A DNA stretch of 52,088 bases from a virus: IMG/VR virus record IMGVR_UViG_3300035156_000020, positions 1-52,088 of that record; one strand, 5' to 3'. Every line of letters starts with the position of its first letter. Within the stretch, counting starts at the first letter, position 1. Positions 31,757 through 42,366 of the stretch are shown piece by piece. The position numbers and the translations under genes are program-made. Below the pieces are notes generated by a model that worked only from the letters and a program-made list of their open reading frames with translations, was not told where the DNA came from and searched no databases.

Positions 31757-33572
31757 GGTAGTTACCTCCGGTATATTTGAAGCCATCGACAACCTGGCCG
31801 GGCTTAAGGCGGTTAGGGTCAGGGAAAATGCTAGGCATAAGTTGATGCTTGTTCTTGTCCCAATAGTTCGCATAGTCTGTAGTTCCTTCCAGGTGAGCAT
31901 GGAGTCGGATTAGTTGGTTCAGTCCGTCCTCTGCTGCTTTGACATCTTGACGACCCGCATTGATCTTGTGGCCGCGTAGTCCACTGTCAATCCAGCCTCC
32001 AATGCCACCTTCCTTGGACATAGGAGCAACTGTCTTGTCTTCAAAGACCACCTTGCCACCAACCACCTTGATGTTCACACTGCCAAGCAGAGGTTCACCA
32101 CTGACAGACACTGCACTCTCAAGCTTGGAAATGATAGCGGTACGAACGGCTGGCTCATACTTAGTCTGGAACACATGCTGTGCATTAGCTGCTGTCTGTG
32201 CATCCAGCTTGCCCTCTAGGGACAGACGACCAAACTCAGGAGAGGCAAAGAACTTACTAGCTTCTTTAAGCGTGCTAGGAGGAATCTCACCGTTAAGGCC
32301 AGAGGTTTCCTGCAACAGCTTGTTCACCATGTTCAGGGCTTCCTGCTGTGTCTTAGCCTTGCTCTCAGCCGGGATGTTTGCACCCTGTACCGTCTGCAAC
32401 ACCTTAGTGACAGTAGAGAACACCTTAGCGTCATTAGCAGTGCCAACGACAGGAGCACTCTGCAATGCAGGGTCAACACCAGTGCTAGACATCAGCCAAC
32501 GTTTAACAGGGGCTTCCTGTACCAGTCGAAGGATTGGTTCATTTCGGAACAGGTCACTAGCAGCAACAGTCTTCAACAGTTCAGGGTCACGCTCAACAGC
32601 GGCAATCTGTGCTGTCAGCTTGAGCTTCTCGAAGTGGTCACGAAGCATCTTAGTTTCGTTCTCACTCTTCTTAGTTGGGTCAAGCAGCTTCTGCACCGTG
32701 CTATCCATGTCCGAGAACAGGCTATCCCACATAGAGGCTGCTTCAGGGAACTTACCTGCAATGGCTTTGACACCTGCCTTAACACGTTGAATGCCAAGGT
32801 TGTGCTGTTGGAGAGCTACGTCATACGACATCTTGCCCGATGCAACTTGCCCAATCAGGTCTGTTGCTGTTGCTTGGACAGCATCGAAGTTGGTAGCTGC
32901 GACAGTGCGAGTGCCATCAAAGGCTTGCTCTTTAGCCACATAGTCAGCCACATCCCGATTGTACGTGCCAGCAGCACGAGCTTCAGCATTGTCCGCATAA
33001 CCGTCTTCAACCTTCTTACGAGCTTCGGTGTATTGATGTTCTGCCCTACGAGCTTCTTTCCAGGCATTGACGTTAGCCATCTTAGCCTCATCGCTCTGAC
33101 CAGCGTAGAACGTGTAGCCAAGCTTAGAAGCATCCGATACGTCTTGTTCAAACTGTTTGTTCTCTGCATCCACCTTACGCTGAGCCTCACCAGTCTCCAT
33201 GCCTGTGAAAGCAGCACGACGAGCTTCCGTAAGTTCAGATACATACTGAGGGTAGGCGGTAAGCATCTTGGAGAAGTTTGCACGGGAGGCGGTAGACACT
33301 TGAGAAGCATTCCATTGACCGCTAATCAGGGCATCGTCAAACACCTTCTGATTGTTCAGGTATTCACCTACAACTGCTGTCTTACGTGCTTCTGCATCTG
33401 CCTTAGCATTCGCCTTAACACTCTTTCCCCACTCTTCGGCCAAACCACTGAGAACACCGGCCATTGCACCTGTACCCGTGTTAGTAACTCGTTCCTCAAC
33501 TGGAGCAAGGGGTTGTGTCCCCTTGCCCTGTGCTTCAGTCAGTTGAGTGGCATTAACGCCATAATCTGCCAT
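31710..33572 (-). CDS. Internal virion / ejection protein, 620 aa, largely helical.
   Basis: Size, Ala/Lys/Glu-rich composition and its position next to the giant protein. Synteny with the T7 gp14-16 region. Confidence 0.7.
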   Translation of the reverse strand: MADYGVNATQLTEAQGKGTQPLAPVEERVTNTGTGAMAGVLSGLAEEWGKSVKANAKADAEARKTAVVGEYLNNQKVFDDALISGQWNASQVSTASRANFSKMLTAYPQYVSELTEARRAAFTGMETGEAQRKVDAENKQFEQDVSDASKLGYTFYAGQSDEAKMANVNAWKEARRAEHQYTEARKKVEDGYADNAEARAAGTYNRDVADYVAKEQAFDGTRTVAATNFDAVQATATDLIGQVASGKMSYDVALQQHNLGIQRVKAGVKAIAGKFPEAASMWDSLFSDMDSTVQKLLDPTKKSENETKMLRDHFEKLKLTAQIAAVERDPELLKTVAASDLFRNEPILRLVQEAPVKRWLMSSTGVDPALQSAPVVGTANDAKVFSTVTKVLQTVQGANIPAESKAKTQQEALNMVNKLLQETSGLNGEIPPSTLKEASKFFASPEFGRLSLEGKLDAQTAANAQHVFQTKYEPAVRTAIISKLESAVSVSGEPLLGSVNIKVVGGKVVFEDKTVAPMSKEGGIGGWIDSGLRGHKINAGRQDVKAAEDGLNQLIRLHAHLEGTTDYANYWDKNKHQLMPSIFPDPNRLKPGQVVDGFKYTGGNYRDRNNWIAEPTKPAK

Positions 33573-36500
33573 TATTTATTTTCCTTTAGTTGTTCACCAG
33601 CTTGGCGAATGTCTTTCCGATATTGGAGCAAACGTGCCTTCTCTTCTTCGGAGGTGTTAGGCATGAGCTTGATGTCGTCTTCCAGCCTACGGGAGTCAGG
33701 AATACCAGCAGCATCAAGCATCTGTTTCATCAGCCCTTGCTGCGGCCCTTCCATGTCTCGCTTCCACTTATTGACGATGTAATCCAAGTCATCACCGTGG
33801 AAGGAACGCATCAACATACTCGTAACCTTCTGAGTGTAGTTAATATCGTTCTTAGGGTCTGAGATGGATTCTCGATAGTACTGGAGGATGTCCCGGTAGC
33901 GCATGTCCATGTCTGCCTCATGACGCTTCTTATCCTGTACACGGTTACGACTAATCATGTACAACTCTTTAGTTGCCAGAGTTCCGAAGCCTAGGCCAGC
34001 AGCCCACACCTCGGGGATTGTCACAGTGCTGTCAATCATTGCACCCGATGCATCAAGCTTCTTTCGAGTCTCGTACATCATCTTTGCATTGGAAGCAGCA
34101 GACCAGCCAGAACTAATCTTGGCTATGTCATTGAGAATGGATGTGAACTCCGTAGGATTCTCTGGATCGAGTTCTTCAAACACGTTGAAGTATCGTCCGA
34201 TCGTAATCATCGCATTAGGAATACGACCGTTACGTTTAGAAGCCCCTACACCGTCTACAGCGAACAGTTGACCAACAGGGCTTGCTGCCCATGCTGCGAA
34301 TGCTCCATCGTCTGCTAGAGCGTGCCACATACGTGCCCACCCATCCATGTCGTTAGGAGCAAGGGCAGTGAAGTCAACCCGACTCTTCTCACCATCCTCA
34401 TTGAACTTGTTGAGCATCCAGTTGATACCGAAGCTCTCCATACCGTACAAGAACATATCCCTAGTCTCTTGATCGTTAGGAAGGATTCCCTCATCATCAA
34501 TAAACTTCTCGTAAGCTGTACTCAGAGCACCGTACAACGTAGAACCACCAACACCGAACATTGCCAAGTCCCATCCAGCCAATCGCATACGGATAGCAGG
34601 AGCAATCTTACGGTTGGCAAGCTGCAACAAACCCTTATGCGGCATCTGCAAGAACTGCAACAGGGCAGCAGGGCTACTCTGTGTGTAATGCAATTCGCCA
34701 GCACGATTCAAGTCATAGCTGAGAGCACGGGCTTCCGACAGGGCCAAATCCCGCTGAGTTTTATCAGCCAGGTTAATACCCTTCTTAGTCCACTTCTCAT
34801 GCACAGCCGCCAAGTGACCAAGCATGTTCATCTTCTCGCCCAAGTCAAAGCCGATAAGCTGTGCGGCATCTCGTACACCAGCTACCACACGGGTAGCGGT
34901 ATGCGAACGGTCAGACAACTCAATACCCAAACCACGGACAAGGCTGTTACGGTCAACACCCGCCACCATGCCGCTATCCTCAACAAACTTCACAAAGTCT
35001 CTAATCTCTTTGCTTGCTTGCGGGAAGCCGGAGTATTCACCGATGTAGCCCACCATCTTCTTCAGCATTCCAGGAACACCGAATGGGTTGTAGGCAATCA
35101 TGCGGGTCATCTGGTGAGGCTGTACAATCCATTGACGGATTGGATTGGAGCCAACGATGTATGCATTGAACACGGTACGCTTAGCAGCTTGCGTAGGAGA
35201 CATCTGGCCGGCTTTGAGGAAGGCTTGTTCAGCCACTGGAATCTTATCCAGCATGTGAGCAACAGTATTCATTGCACCCTTGAAGCGTGTATCGACTGCG
35301 TTAATCAGTCCACTCTCCAAGTAGTTGATGTATCCGTAGGTTGTACGGGCATCAGCAACACGTTTGCTGTTATGACTGTTGTGGTCAACAATCTCTTCCA
35401 GGCTGCTAGGGAATCGCTTACCCCCCATGCCATTACTCGGAAGCATATCGGCATACTGTTCCATGAATCGGTTCTTAGCTGTCTCCAGCACAGGACGGTT
35501 CACAGTACGGCCAGCAATACTACGAGCAGCACGGGAGGCGCTATCCAGAGGGCTTGCTACATACGTTCCCACATTCCCAATCTGATTCAATCCAGAGGCA
35601 GTGGTAAGAGGCTGTCCACGTAGGCGCTGAGCAATACGACCAGCAGCTTCGTTCACATCCCAATAGCCATCACCATCCTTCTCAAATCCACGGGAGTCTT
35701 CACGTACCATGTGACGATTGCCGGTAGAGGCTTCCTGAGCCTTGGCAAACATCTCAGCATCCCTCGTATTCCCCGCTACACCAACAGTGCGCCTAACTTC
35801 TGCTCCGGTACTGTCCATGGAGATTTCATCCACAAACTTACTACCCTTGTCATAGTTGACTGTGTAGTAACCCTCACGGTAGTTAAGGATTTGGTCAGTG
35901 TCACGAATCTTGCGCATGTACTCGGTAGGAGTGTTCCTTACCATGATGTGTTCAACTTGACGACCACCGATAGACACAGGGCGGCGAAGCTTCACATACG
36001 AACCGCCAAGGTTGTACAGAGCATCCATCTCGTTCTGAGGGAGGTTACGGACAGCGTTAGCTTGTGGGTCATACACATTGCCTATGTTCTGATTCTTCTG
36101 AACAGGCTTACCAAACAACTTAGTAGCTCCGTCATCGAACACTTGATACCCTTGAGAGTTCAGTGTACGAACCAGGTCATAGTTCTCAAGGTAGAAGTGG
36201 TTGTCCCAAATGTCTCGCCACTGCTTAACTGCTGCAATCTCTGCATCGTTAAAGCCACGAGCAATCAAGTCCATCTTCTCAAACCGGATACCCTTGAAGT
36301 TGGCTTCCTTCAAGTAGTCTTCCACCATCAGCCTACGAGCTTCAGGGAATGCTTTCACATTCAGACGGAAGGCTTCAATTGGCTTCATCAGCATGGTTTC
36401 TAGAACAACTGATTGGTCAGCCGCTACAGAGGCACTACCTGTCAGGGTAGGGTGGAGCATACTACCGGGATCGAAGGCCCAACCGGATACGCTACCCTTG

Positions 36501-38311
36501 TTCTCCGAAACTGTTTCAGAGATGCGGTCAGTCCAGTTGCGCTTTACATCCAGTGGGTTCCAGCTACGAATCTCGCTATCATCAATTGCATGCTTGGTTT
36601 TAATCTTGATGATGTAATCACCGGGAGCAGTTTCATTTGTGACTGGCACATACTCCATACCCTCACGCTTCATAACAACAACTTCATCGTCACGGATACC
36701 GTAGGTACGGAGGGAGAACTTAGCTTGCTCTCGTGCTGCATCAGGGGTGAGGAACGATCCACCAGGAGTTGCGTAGTGACCCTCTACAATGATGTGGTCA
36801 CCATCAACACGGAAGGTTGTCATGGCATCGTTAATCTCCAAGCCAGAGGCATTACGAAAATCACGCTTAATACCTTCGACAGCCGTATCAAACTCTTCAG
36901 GAGTGTATCGAATAGCACCAGTGTTAGACACCTGATCCTTGATGGTTTGATCCACCTTGTTAAGGACATTGCCCGACTCACTACCCACTTGTGGATAGAT
37001 GTTGTTAGCAATTGCTTGGGTACGTCCAACACCTGTCAAGGCTTCTGCCAATTCATCGCTTGTAGAAGCAACGATCCCCTCATGAAGCTCACGAGCAGAA
37101 GCAGGATTGACTTGTTCAATAACGTTGAATGGGGCTACTGGATACTCCCGCTTGACAGGGGAAGCCAGTTCAATACGCTTCATGGCATCTGCACGTTTAT
37201 ATTCAATGCGTGCTTTAGGGTTGCCGATCTGTGGAGCAAATGGGTTGAACGGTTCTGGAACCACTTCCCACTTAGCATGCTCAACAACGTTCTCAGCATC
37301 AGAGACACCGGGATTGGCACTGCCAGGACGACGAGCCTTGCTAGTATCAAATACAGCAGGCTTAGCGCCCTTACCAGCCTTCCCAATGGCTTTAAGCTCA
37401 CTACCTACCCAAAACGTATCCAACACCGTCATAAGGTTCTCAGTCCACACTTCCGTATTGCTTGGGAGGGTGTTGTCCAAGAACTCAACAGCATTCACGA
37501 ATTGAGCGTAGTGGTTATCGGATGGGAAGACACTTGCACCTTCCTTGATTGCACCAAGAATCTTCTGTGTCAACTCACCTCGCTTAGCAGGAGGAATAGA
37601 CATCAGACGTTCTTTAATGTCTGCCTTAGCAGAGCCAGGAAGCAGGAAGTCTTTCAGGAAGCCACCTAAGCTGAATGGCTTACCTTCCAGTTCATCAAGC
37701 TTGCTGCCCACCTTAGCTGCGATGACGTTACGACCGAATGGCAATACTTCCGTAGAAGCCAAGTCACCAATCGTCTTGGCATCGAAGCCAGGATTGTGAG
37801 TGGCAAGCAGAGTGTTAATCATCTTGGTACGGTCTTGGGCTTCTTGATTAATCTCGCCCATCGTATCCGCCAGAGAGATACGGGCAGACTCACCCTTGAG
37901 GTCTTCACCCTTAGAAGCTTGTTCCAAGCCAGTTTGACGCAGCATGTCAGCAGGTTCTTGCTTCAACCCGTTGTTCTGAACCAGCTTCATAATCTTCTTC
38001 TTCTGCTCCAGAGGGATTGTCTTATCCCCAAGCAGTTGCATCACAACACCCATGTTCTTAGTGTGATTGCCAGAGTTGATCTGTTCCATCACTTGATCGT
38101 GTGTAATGCTTTGACCCTGTTCACCTTCAGCCATAAGAAGCTGATATTTCTCAATCAGCTTATCAGGCTCACCCGACAAGATAGCCGTAGTAGCTGCACG
38201 GTTACGTACTGCACCTTTCGGGACAGGGGTAGTGTCAGTGGTAGTGTTTACCAAGTCACTCAATTCATATTGTGCCCCACTTGGGCTATCTTGCAGGATG
38301 TCGTCCATCAT
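33572..38311 (-). CDS. Giant internal virion / ejection protein, 1579 aa.
   Basis: Longest ORF in the window. It occupies the position of T7 gp16-type core proteins. No catalytic motif recognised by eye. Confidence 0.75.
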   Translation of the reverse strand: MMDDILQDSPSGAQYELSDLVNTTTDTTPVPKGAVRNRAATTAILSGEPDKLIEKYQLLMAEGEQGQSITHDQVMEQINSGNHTKNMGVVMQLLGDKTIPLEQKKKIMKLVQNNGLKQEPADMLRQTGLEQASKGEDLKGESARISLADTMGEINQEAQDRTKMINTLLATHNPGFDAKTIGDLASTEVLPFGRNVIAAKVGSKLDELEGKPFSLGGFLKDFLLPGSAKADIKERLMSIPPAKRGELTQKILGAIKEGASVFPSDNHYAQFVNAVEFLDNTLPSNTEVWTENLMTVLDTFWVGSELKAIGKAGKGAKPAVFDTSKARRPGSANPGVSDAENVVEHAKWEVVPEPFNPFAPQIGNPKARIEYKRADAMKRIELASPVKREYPVAPFNVIEQVNPASARELHEGIVASTSDELAEALTGVGRTQAIANNIYPQVGSESGNVLNKVDQTIKDQVSNTGAIRYTPEEFDTAVEGIKRDFRNASGLEINDAMTTFRVDGDHIIVEGHYATPGGSFLTPDAAREQAKFSLRTYGIRDDEVVVMKREGMEYVPVTNETAPGDYIIKIKTKHAIDDSEIRSWNPLDVKRNWTDRISETVSENKGSVSGWAFDPGSMLHPTLTGSASVAADQSVVLETMLMKPIEAFRLNVKAFPEARRLMVEDYLKEANFKGIRFEKMDLIARGFNDAEIAAVKQWRDIWDNHFYLENYDLVRTLNSQGYQVFDDGATKLFGKPVQKNQNIGNVYDPQANAVRNLPQNEMDALYNLGGSYVKLRRPVSIGGRQVEHIMVRNTPTEYMRKIRDTDQILNYREGYYTVNYDKGSKFVDEISMDSTGAEVRRTVGVAGNTRDAEMFAKAQEASTGNRHMVREDSRGFEKDGDGYWDVNEAAGRIAQRLRGQPLTTASGLNQIGNVGTYVASPLDSASRAARSIAGRTVNRPVLETAKNRFMEQYADMLPSNGMGGKRFPSSLEEIVDHNSHNSKRVADARTTYGYINYLESGLINAVDTRFKGAMNTVAHMLDKIPVAEQAFLKAGQMSPTQAAKRTVFNAYIVGSNPIRQWIVQPHQMTRMIAYNPFGVPGMLKKMVGYIGEYSGFPQASKEIRDFVKFVEDSGMVAGVDRNSLVRGLGIELSDRSHTATRVVAGVRDAAQLIGFDLGEKMNMLGHLAAVHEKWTKKGINLADKTQRDLALSEARALSYDLNRAGELHYTQSSPAALLQFLQMPHKGLLQLANRKIAPAIRMRLAGWDLAMFGVGGSTLYGALSTAYEKFIDDEGILPNDQETRDMFLYGMESFGINWMLNKFNEDGEKSRVDFTALAPNDMDGWARMWHALADDGAFAAWAASPVGQLFAVDGVGASKRNGRIPNAMITIGRYFNVFEELDPENPTEFTSILNDIAKISSGWSAASNAKMMYETRKKLDASGAMIDSTVTIPEVWAAGLGFGTLATKELYMISRNRVQDKKRHEADMDMRYRDILQYYRESISDPKNDINYTQKVTSMLMRSFHGDDLDYIVNKWKRDMEGPQQGLMKQMLDAAGIPDSRRLEDDIKLMPNTSEEEKARLLQYRKDIRQAGEQLKENK

Positions 38312-38802
38312 TTTCCTTTTGGTGAGCCAAACGACCCAAAGCCACCAGCGGAAGAGAAGATACTCATTCCCAACCCTGCTAGTGCATCTGCGTTTTGTGC
38401 GTTAGTTGCTGCTGTCTGAGCAGCCGTATTGAAGTCAGCAGCATTCTGTAAGTAGCCTCCAATGAGATTGCCTGCTTGTGCTCGTCCTAGATTCATACCG
38501 ATGTTGGCACTCAATCCGGTTGACAAGCTACTCACAGCGCCATACTCACCCGAACTACCGTCTGTGCCACCGTTCTCCGAGGCTTGGATAATTCGTGCTC
38601 TGCGTACTCGTTCTTCCCTAACTTGGGAACGGCGCTCTTGGGCCTGAGACTGGTAATTTAATGCCTTCTCTTCCCCTCTTGCCTTACGATTCTCTTCTGC
38701 TGCTGACTTGTTTGCTTTACTCGCATCCTTACGAGCTTCAGTGCCTTCATAAGCTCCGTATGCAGCAATAGCAAGACCAACAATTGCAGTGAACATACCC
38801 AT
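38308..38802 (-). CDS. Internal virion protein, 164 aa, with an N-terminal transmembrane helix.
   Basis: MGMFTAIVGLAIAAYGAY helix, followed by a charged and then a Gly/Ala-rich region. Confidence 0.65.
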   Translation of the reverse strand: MGMFTAIVGLAIAAYGAYEGTEARKDASKANKSAAEENRKARGEEKALNYQSQAQERRSQVREERVRRARIIQASENGGTDGSSGEYGAVSSLSTGLSANIGMNLGRAQAGNLIGGYLQNAADFNTAAQTAATNAQNADALAGLGMSIFSSAGGFGSFGSPKGK

Positions 38803-39266
38803 CAGGTAGCTCCTTTTCTTAGTCCATATTCTTTAAGTAAATACCCCTTTTTAGACATCTTATGGACATTTATATCACTGGATGTCAGGAGGGATAACGT
38901 TCGTTCTACGTTCAATTCATCTCCTAAATTATCGAATGCATCTAGAAGCATTACACCCGCACGAGTCTTCCGATATTCAGGGAGGACATACCAAAACAGT
39001 TCAATTAGGATTTCATACTCAGGGTTGAACATATTAGGAACCAGAAGGGAGCCTAAAGCCCCCACTGGTTTACCGTCTACCTTTGCAATGAATCCGGTTT
39101 CGTCCTCACACATCTTCCCGAACAACTGATAAAGGTTCTTCGGGTTGAATAGCTCTGGCCTATCCATTTCATCCTCCAACATACGCTTAGCTGCTACTGA
39201 CACGTACCAATGAAGGTCGCTTGCAGTAAGTGGCTCAACTGTATATTTACGTGATTGCGTTTCCAT
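38802..39266 (-). CDS. GNAT-fold acetyltransferase-like protein embedded in the virion module.
   Basis: WYVLPEYRKTRAGVMLLDAF resembles the acetyl-CoA-binding beta4-alpha3 motif (R/Q-x-x-G-x-G/A). Confidence 0.6.
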   Translation of the reverse strand: METQSRKYTVEPLTASDLHWYVSVAAKRMLEDEMDRPELFNPKNLYQLFGKMCEDETGFIAKVDGKPVGALGSLLVPNMFNPEYEILIELFWYVLPEYRKTRAGVMLLDAFDNLGDELNVERTLSLLTSSDINVHKMSKKGYLLKEYGLRKGAT

Positions 39267-41385
39267 TAATCGTTAGATTCCATCCGAGTAATTGACAGTC
39301 CTTGTTAGGAGATGTCTCAAAGTAGAGAGTGACAGCCTTACCTCTGCCCCGTAGCTTGTTCTTGCTAATCACCGTATCAAACCCATTGTCATAGGACGAA
39401 TCAGGGGAGGCATACAAAGGAGTACGATACTTGTACACTTCATACAGTCCACTAATCTTATGGGACTCCAGGCTGTTAGCCCACTCCCACCGGCCTGACA
39501 TAAGGCAAGACGATTGATTCATGGGAACACCGTTGGAGTCTGTACCTGTCTCTGTCCGCATGAGGTGAACCGTGACATAGGGAACCTGCTTGTCGATACC
39601 TGAATCATTTGCTGTGATAGCACCAGTAATCAGATATGCCTTAGCGTCAGTCTCACCCCAATCCAGGAAGTTGGTATCCCCATATGTAGCAAAGGAGAAT
39701 TGGTCAGTGTTCTCCATGACCAGATAACGGATAGGTTCCGTAGCTAGTTCCGAGTAGTTCACCCCAACGATCTGATACTTGTAGTCCGAGGCATGCTTAA
39801 TCTTGTGTCGATAAAACGAATTCAACACAGTGTCAAACACTAGCTCGTCCATCTGAGCGTTAGAGCTAAACATCCCACCATTCCAGTACAGCCATCGAAT
39901 CTTCTTATCTACAGGATCAAACACCCCTTGGGAGTTCTTCTTAGCCTCTTCAGGCACTTTGTTGTAGAAGGATTGGATAGTTGCTGCTGTGATGTCTTGA
40001 ACGGAATAGCCACCCATGTTGTCAGGCGTCACCGCATAAATAGCTGTCTTGCCCCAATACATTAGGTTACTACCTGCCGCTACAATCGAATCACCCGATA
40101 CACAGCCGAACGTGGAGAGCTTGTCAACCTTGTAGTTGGAAGCTGTGAAACCGTAGTCACTACCACCTGAGATTGACCACACACCATTGGATGCAAACAC
40201 CAGCAGGCGGGAACCCAAGTTGTGAAGGGCGACGATGTTACGAGCGCCAGAGACAGAGATGAATCCACCATCCGTATCCAGGACATCGCTACTCTCACGG
40301 GAGGAAGGGTCACCCACTTGGTAGCAGAGGTCAATGTCTACATCGTTCTGCACAAGCTGTGAGAACACCACGTAATCTGCCAGAGAGGGGCTACGAGCAT
40401 CACCGTCCTCCACGATCCCGTCAAAGCCGGAATAGAACATGCGGCCAGCAAACTCACAGACAACTGAAGGGCCAGACTTGTTGAAGTCTTTCTTCAATCC
40501 TTCCACTAGGGGAATCTGAGAGTACTTAGCATGGTTACGGGCTACTGCCTCCAGTCGGCTTGTTCCCCGATTGAGAAGTTCAATCACGTAATAGCCCCTA
40601 GCAGCCTTCAGATCAGCCCCTAAGCGGTCAATGTACAGACTGTTGAACATCCGTTCATATGGGTCATGCCCGTCCTCTACGGACTGGAATTGAAGCCCTG
40701 TCCATACTGTCTCCGTGTTGCTTGGATGCTTGGACAGTTCGCTATCGTAATAGGCAACCGGGTCTGTTGGGAATCCGGTCTTAGTCTTACGAGGGATGCC
40801 CCATGACTGGTTCTGAAGGTTGTACTTGTGTGTCTCCGTCAGTACGGTTGGCTGGATGGTTGCGTCTGCTTCAAGTGCTGCATCTTCCTCTTCCACACCC
40901 CACACATCCCGCACCTTCAGGGTGCGTTCTGTCAGGTTGAACTTACCATCGTATGTGACACAATACACCAGTGCCCCGCCTGAGGCGATAACCAAACTAC
41001 CGTTCACCGTAGCAAAGGAGAATCGTTTATCCGAAGGGAACTTCTCCAGTGTCAGCTTGCCTTGGAACGATCCCGCTACAACACCATCAATCGTGCTGAG
41101 GAAGGTGAGGATGTTACCAACTTGCACAACGGTGAACTCCACCCCTGCATCACCACGGACACTGTTCCAAATGTAGCTGCCCTTAGCGTTGGCCTTGTTG
41201 CCAGGCGCATCAAAAGAAGAACCTTCCTTCTTCATGCCTAGACGCCTACGACGTGTGCCATTGCGCAGAAGCTCAAAGTTTTCCTCATCGAATGAGGCAT
41301 TGGCTGGAAAGTTAAGAGGACTGGCTTCTGTAATCAGTCCCTTAACAAACGTGTTTACCTCAGCCCTTGTCCCCTGCTTCGGCAT
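39247..41385 (-). CDS. Tail tubular protein B / nozzle (T7 gp12-like).
   Basis: 712 aa, beta-rich, directly downstream of the adaptor-like gene. Confidence 0.7.
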   Translation of the reverse strand: MPKQGTRAEVNTFVKGLITEASPLNFPANASFDEENFELLRNGTRRRRLGMKKEGSSFDAPGNKANAKGSYIWNSVRGDAGVEFTVVQVGNILTFLSTIDGVVAGSFQGKLTLEKFPSDKRFSFATVNGSLVIASGGALVYCVTYDGKFNLTERTLKVRDVWGVEEEDAALEADATIQPTVLTETHKYNLQNQSWGIPRKTKTGFPTDPVAYYDSELSKHPSNTETVWTGLQFQSVEDGHDPYERMFNSLYIDRLGADLKAARGYYVIELLNRGTSRLEAVARNHAKYSQIPLVEGLKKDFNKSGPSVVCEFAGRMFYSGFDGIVEDGDARSPSLADYVVFSQLVQNDVDIDLCYQVGDPSSRESSDVLDTDGGFISVSGARNIVALHNLGSRLLVFASNGVWSISGGSDYGFTASNYKVDKLSTFGCVSGDSIVAAGSNLMYWGKTAIYAVTPDNMGGYSVQDITAATIQSFYNKVPEEAKKNSQGVFDPVDKKIRWLYWNGGMFSSNAQMDELVFDTVLNSFYRHKIKHASDYKYQIVGVNYSELATEPIRYLVMENTDQFSFATYGDTNFLDWGETDAKAYLITGAITANDSGIDKQVPYVTVHLMRTETGTDSNGVPMNQSSCLMSGRWEWANSLESHKISGLYEVYKYRTPLYASPDSSYDNGFDTVISKNKLRGRGKAVTLYFETSPNKDCQLLGWNLTINGNAIT

Positions 41386-41566
41386 CTTTTTCCTTACGTG
41401 GTTTAGTTGCTAAGTATCGGTCAATCTCACCCTTAGCAATTGCGGGAGAGGTGAACAGGCCGGACAGGACATCAGGAATCTTACCGCCTCGTCCTGCTGT
41501 GACAACAACATAAGATGTTGGCACTTCCTTGTATGGCTTTACTAGATAGCCTTCGTATTCAATCAT
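41360..41566 (-). CDS. Hypothetical protein, 68 aa.
   Basis: Track ORF, coupled to both neighbours. Confidence 0.55.
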   Translation of the reverse strand: MIEYEGYLVKPYKEVPTSYVVVTAGRGGKIPDVLSGLFTSPAIAKGEIDRYLATKPRKEKDAEAGDKG

Positions 41567-42306
41567 TATCGTCGCCCTCGTCGTCCGTAGGATTCATATT
41601 GCACACCACCGTTAGCTCTCCACGCTTTACGTGATAGCCACCTGTTCTGGCGTGCTGCTTTCATTTCTGCCTTCTGATTTGCCATCTGCTTCAGGGCAAG
41701 GAATGCTGTACTCTTTGCTTCCTCTTCAAGGGCTGCAAAAGCCTCTTCAGGGAGGTTTGGAATAGCATCGTCACTGTGTACCCACTTAGGCTCCATGTAC
41801 GCAAGGCACTGTGTTTTAGAGGCTTGTAGGGTGTCTTCTGCTTGCTTGTTGTATGCGTCAGTGACAATGTGTGTGTCATCGAAGCTTGTCCAATACGCAG
41901 GAGCACTGTTGTTCTTAATCAGGAGCTTGGAACCGCTGAAGTCAACAATCTCTTCCACTACATCCATGTTGCTATTACGCAGGGAGGTGTAACGTAGGAA
42001 ATCGTCAGGCTGTTTATATTTCACTTCCACCATCTTCGTAATGTCAGCGTCATACTTGAAGAAGATGAGTTCCTTCATACCCTTGGGGATACGGAGGTAG
42101 TTGGGTTTGTCAAGATCGCTAAGAGATTCAAGCTGCACTAGCTTCCGTAGATGGGGCCAGTTGCGATTGCTAATCATCTCCATGTAGCAGGTCTTGATGA
42201 TGTTTGCTACTTGTTGGGCTTCGACAGTATCCGAAATGCTATTGACTTCATCTGAGTCCATATCATTCAGGATGTTCTGTACCATCTCCAATAGGGTTGT
42301 TTTCAT
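41566..42306 (-). CDS. Head-tail adaptor / tail tubular protein A-like (T7 gp11 position).
   Basis: 246 aa. It is the first gene after the capsid-module terminator. Confidence 0.6.
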   Translation of the reverse strand: MKTTLLEMVQNILNDMDSDEVNSISDTVEAQQVANIIKTCYMEMISNRNWPHLRKLVQLESLSDLDKPNYLRIPKGMKELIFFKYDADITKMVEVKYKQPDDFLRYTSLRNSNMDVVEEIVDFSGSKLLIKNNSAPAYWTSFDDTHIVTDAYNKQAEDTLQASKTQCLAYMEPKWVHSDDAIPNLPEEAFAALEEEAKSTAFLALKQMANQKAEMKAARQNRWLSRKAWRANGGVQYESYGRRGRR

Positions 42307-42323
42307 TTGTGTCCCTAGAAACG

Positions 42324-42359
42324 AAAAAAGGGGAGCAGAGCTTTTACACCCTGCCCCCC
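42324..42359 (-). terminator. Rho-independent terminator / attenuator after the capsid genes.
   Basis: Minus strand reads GGGGGGCAG..loop..CTGCTCCCC, followed by TTTTTT. Confidence 0.6.
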
Positions 42360-42366
42360 TATTAAA

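Noticed and set aside
31355-31900. Full-length 181-aa form of the ORF downstream of the 620-aa gene.
   Set aside because: It would overlap the 620-aa gene by 191 nt. An internal GTG with a perfect GGAGG (or the ATG at 31786) is the more plausible start.
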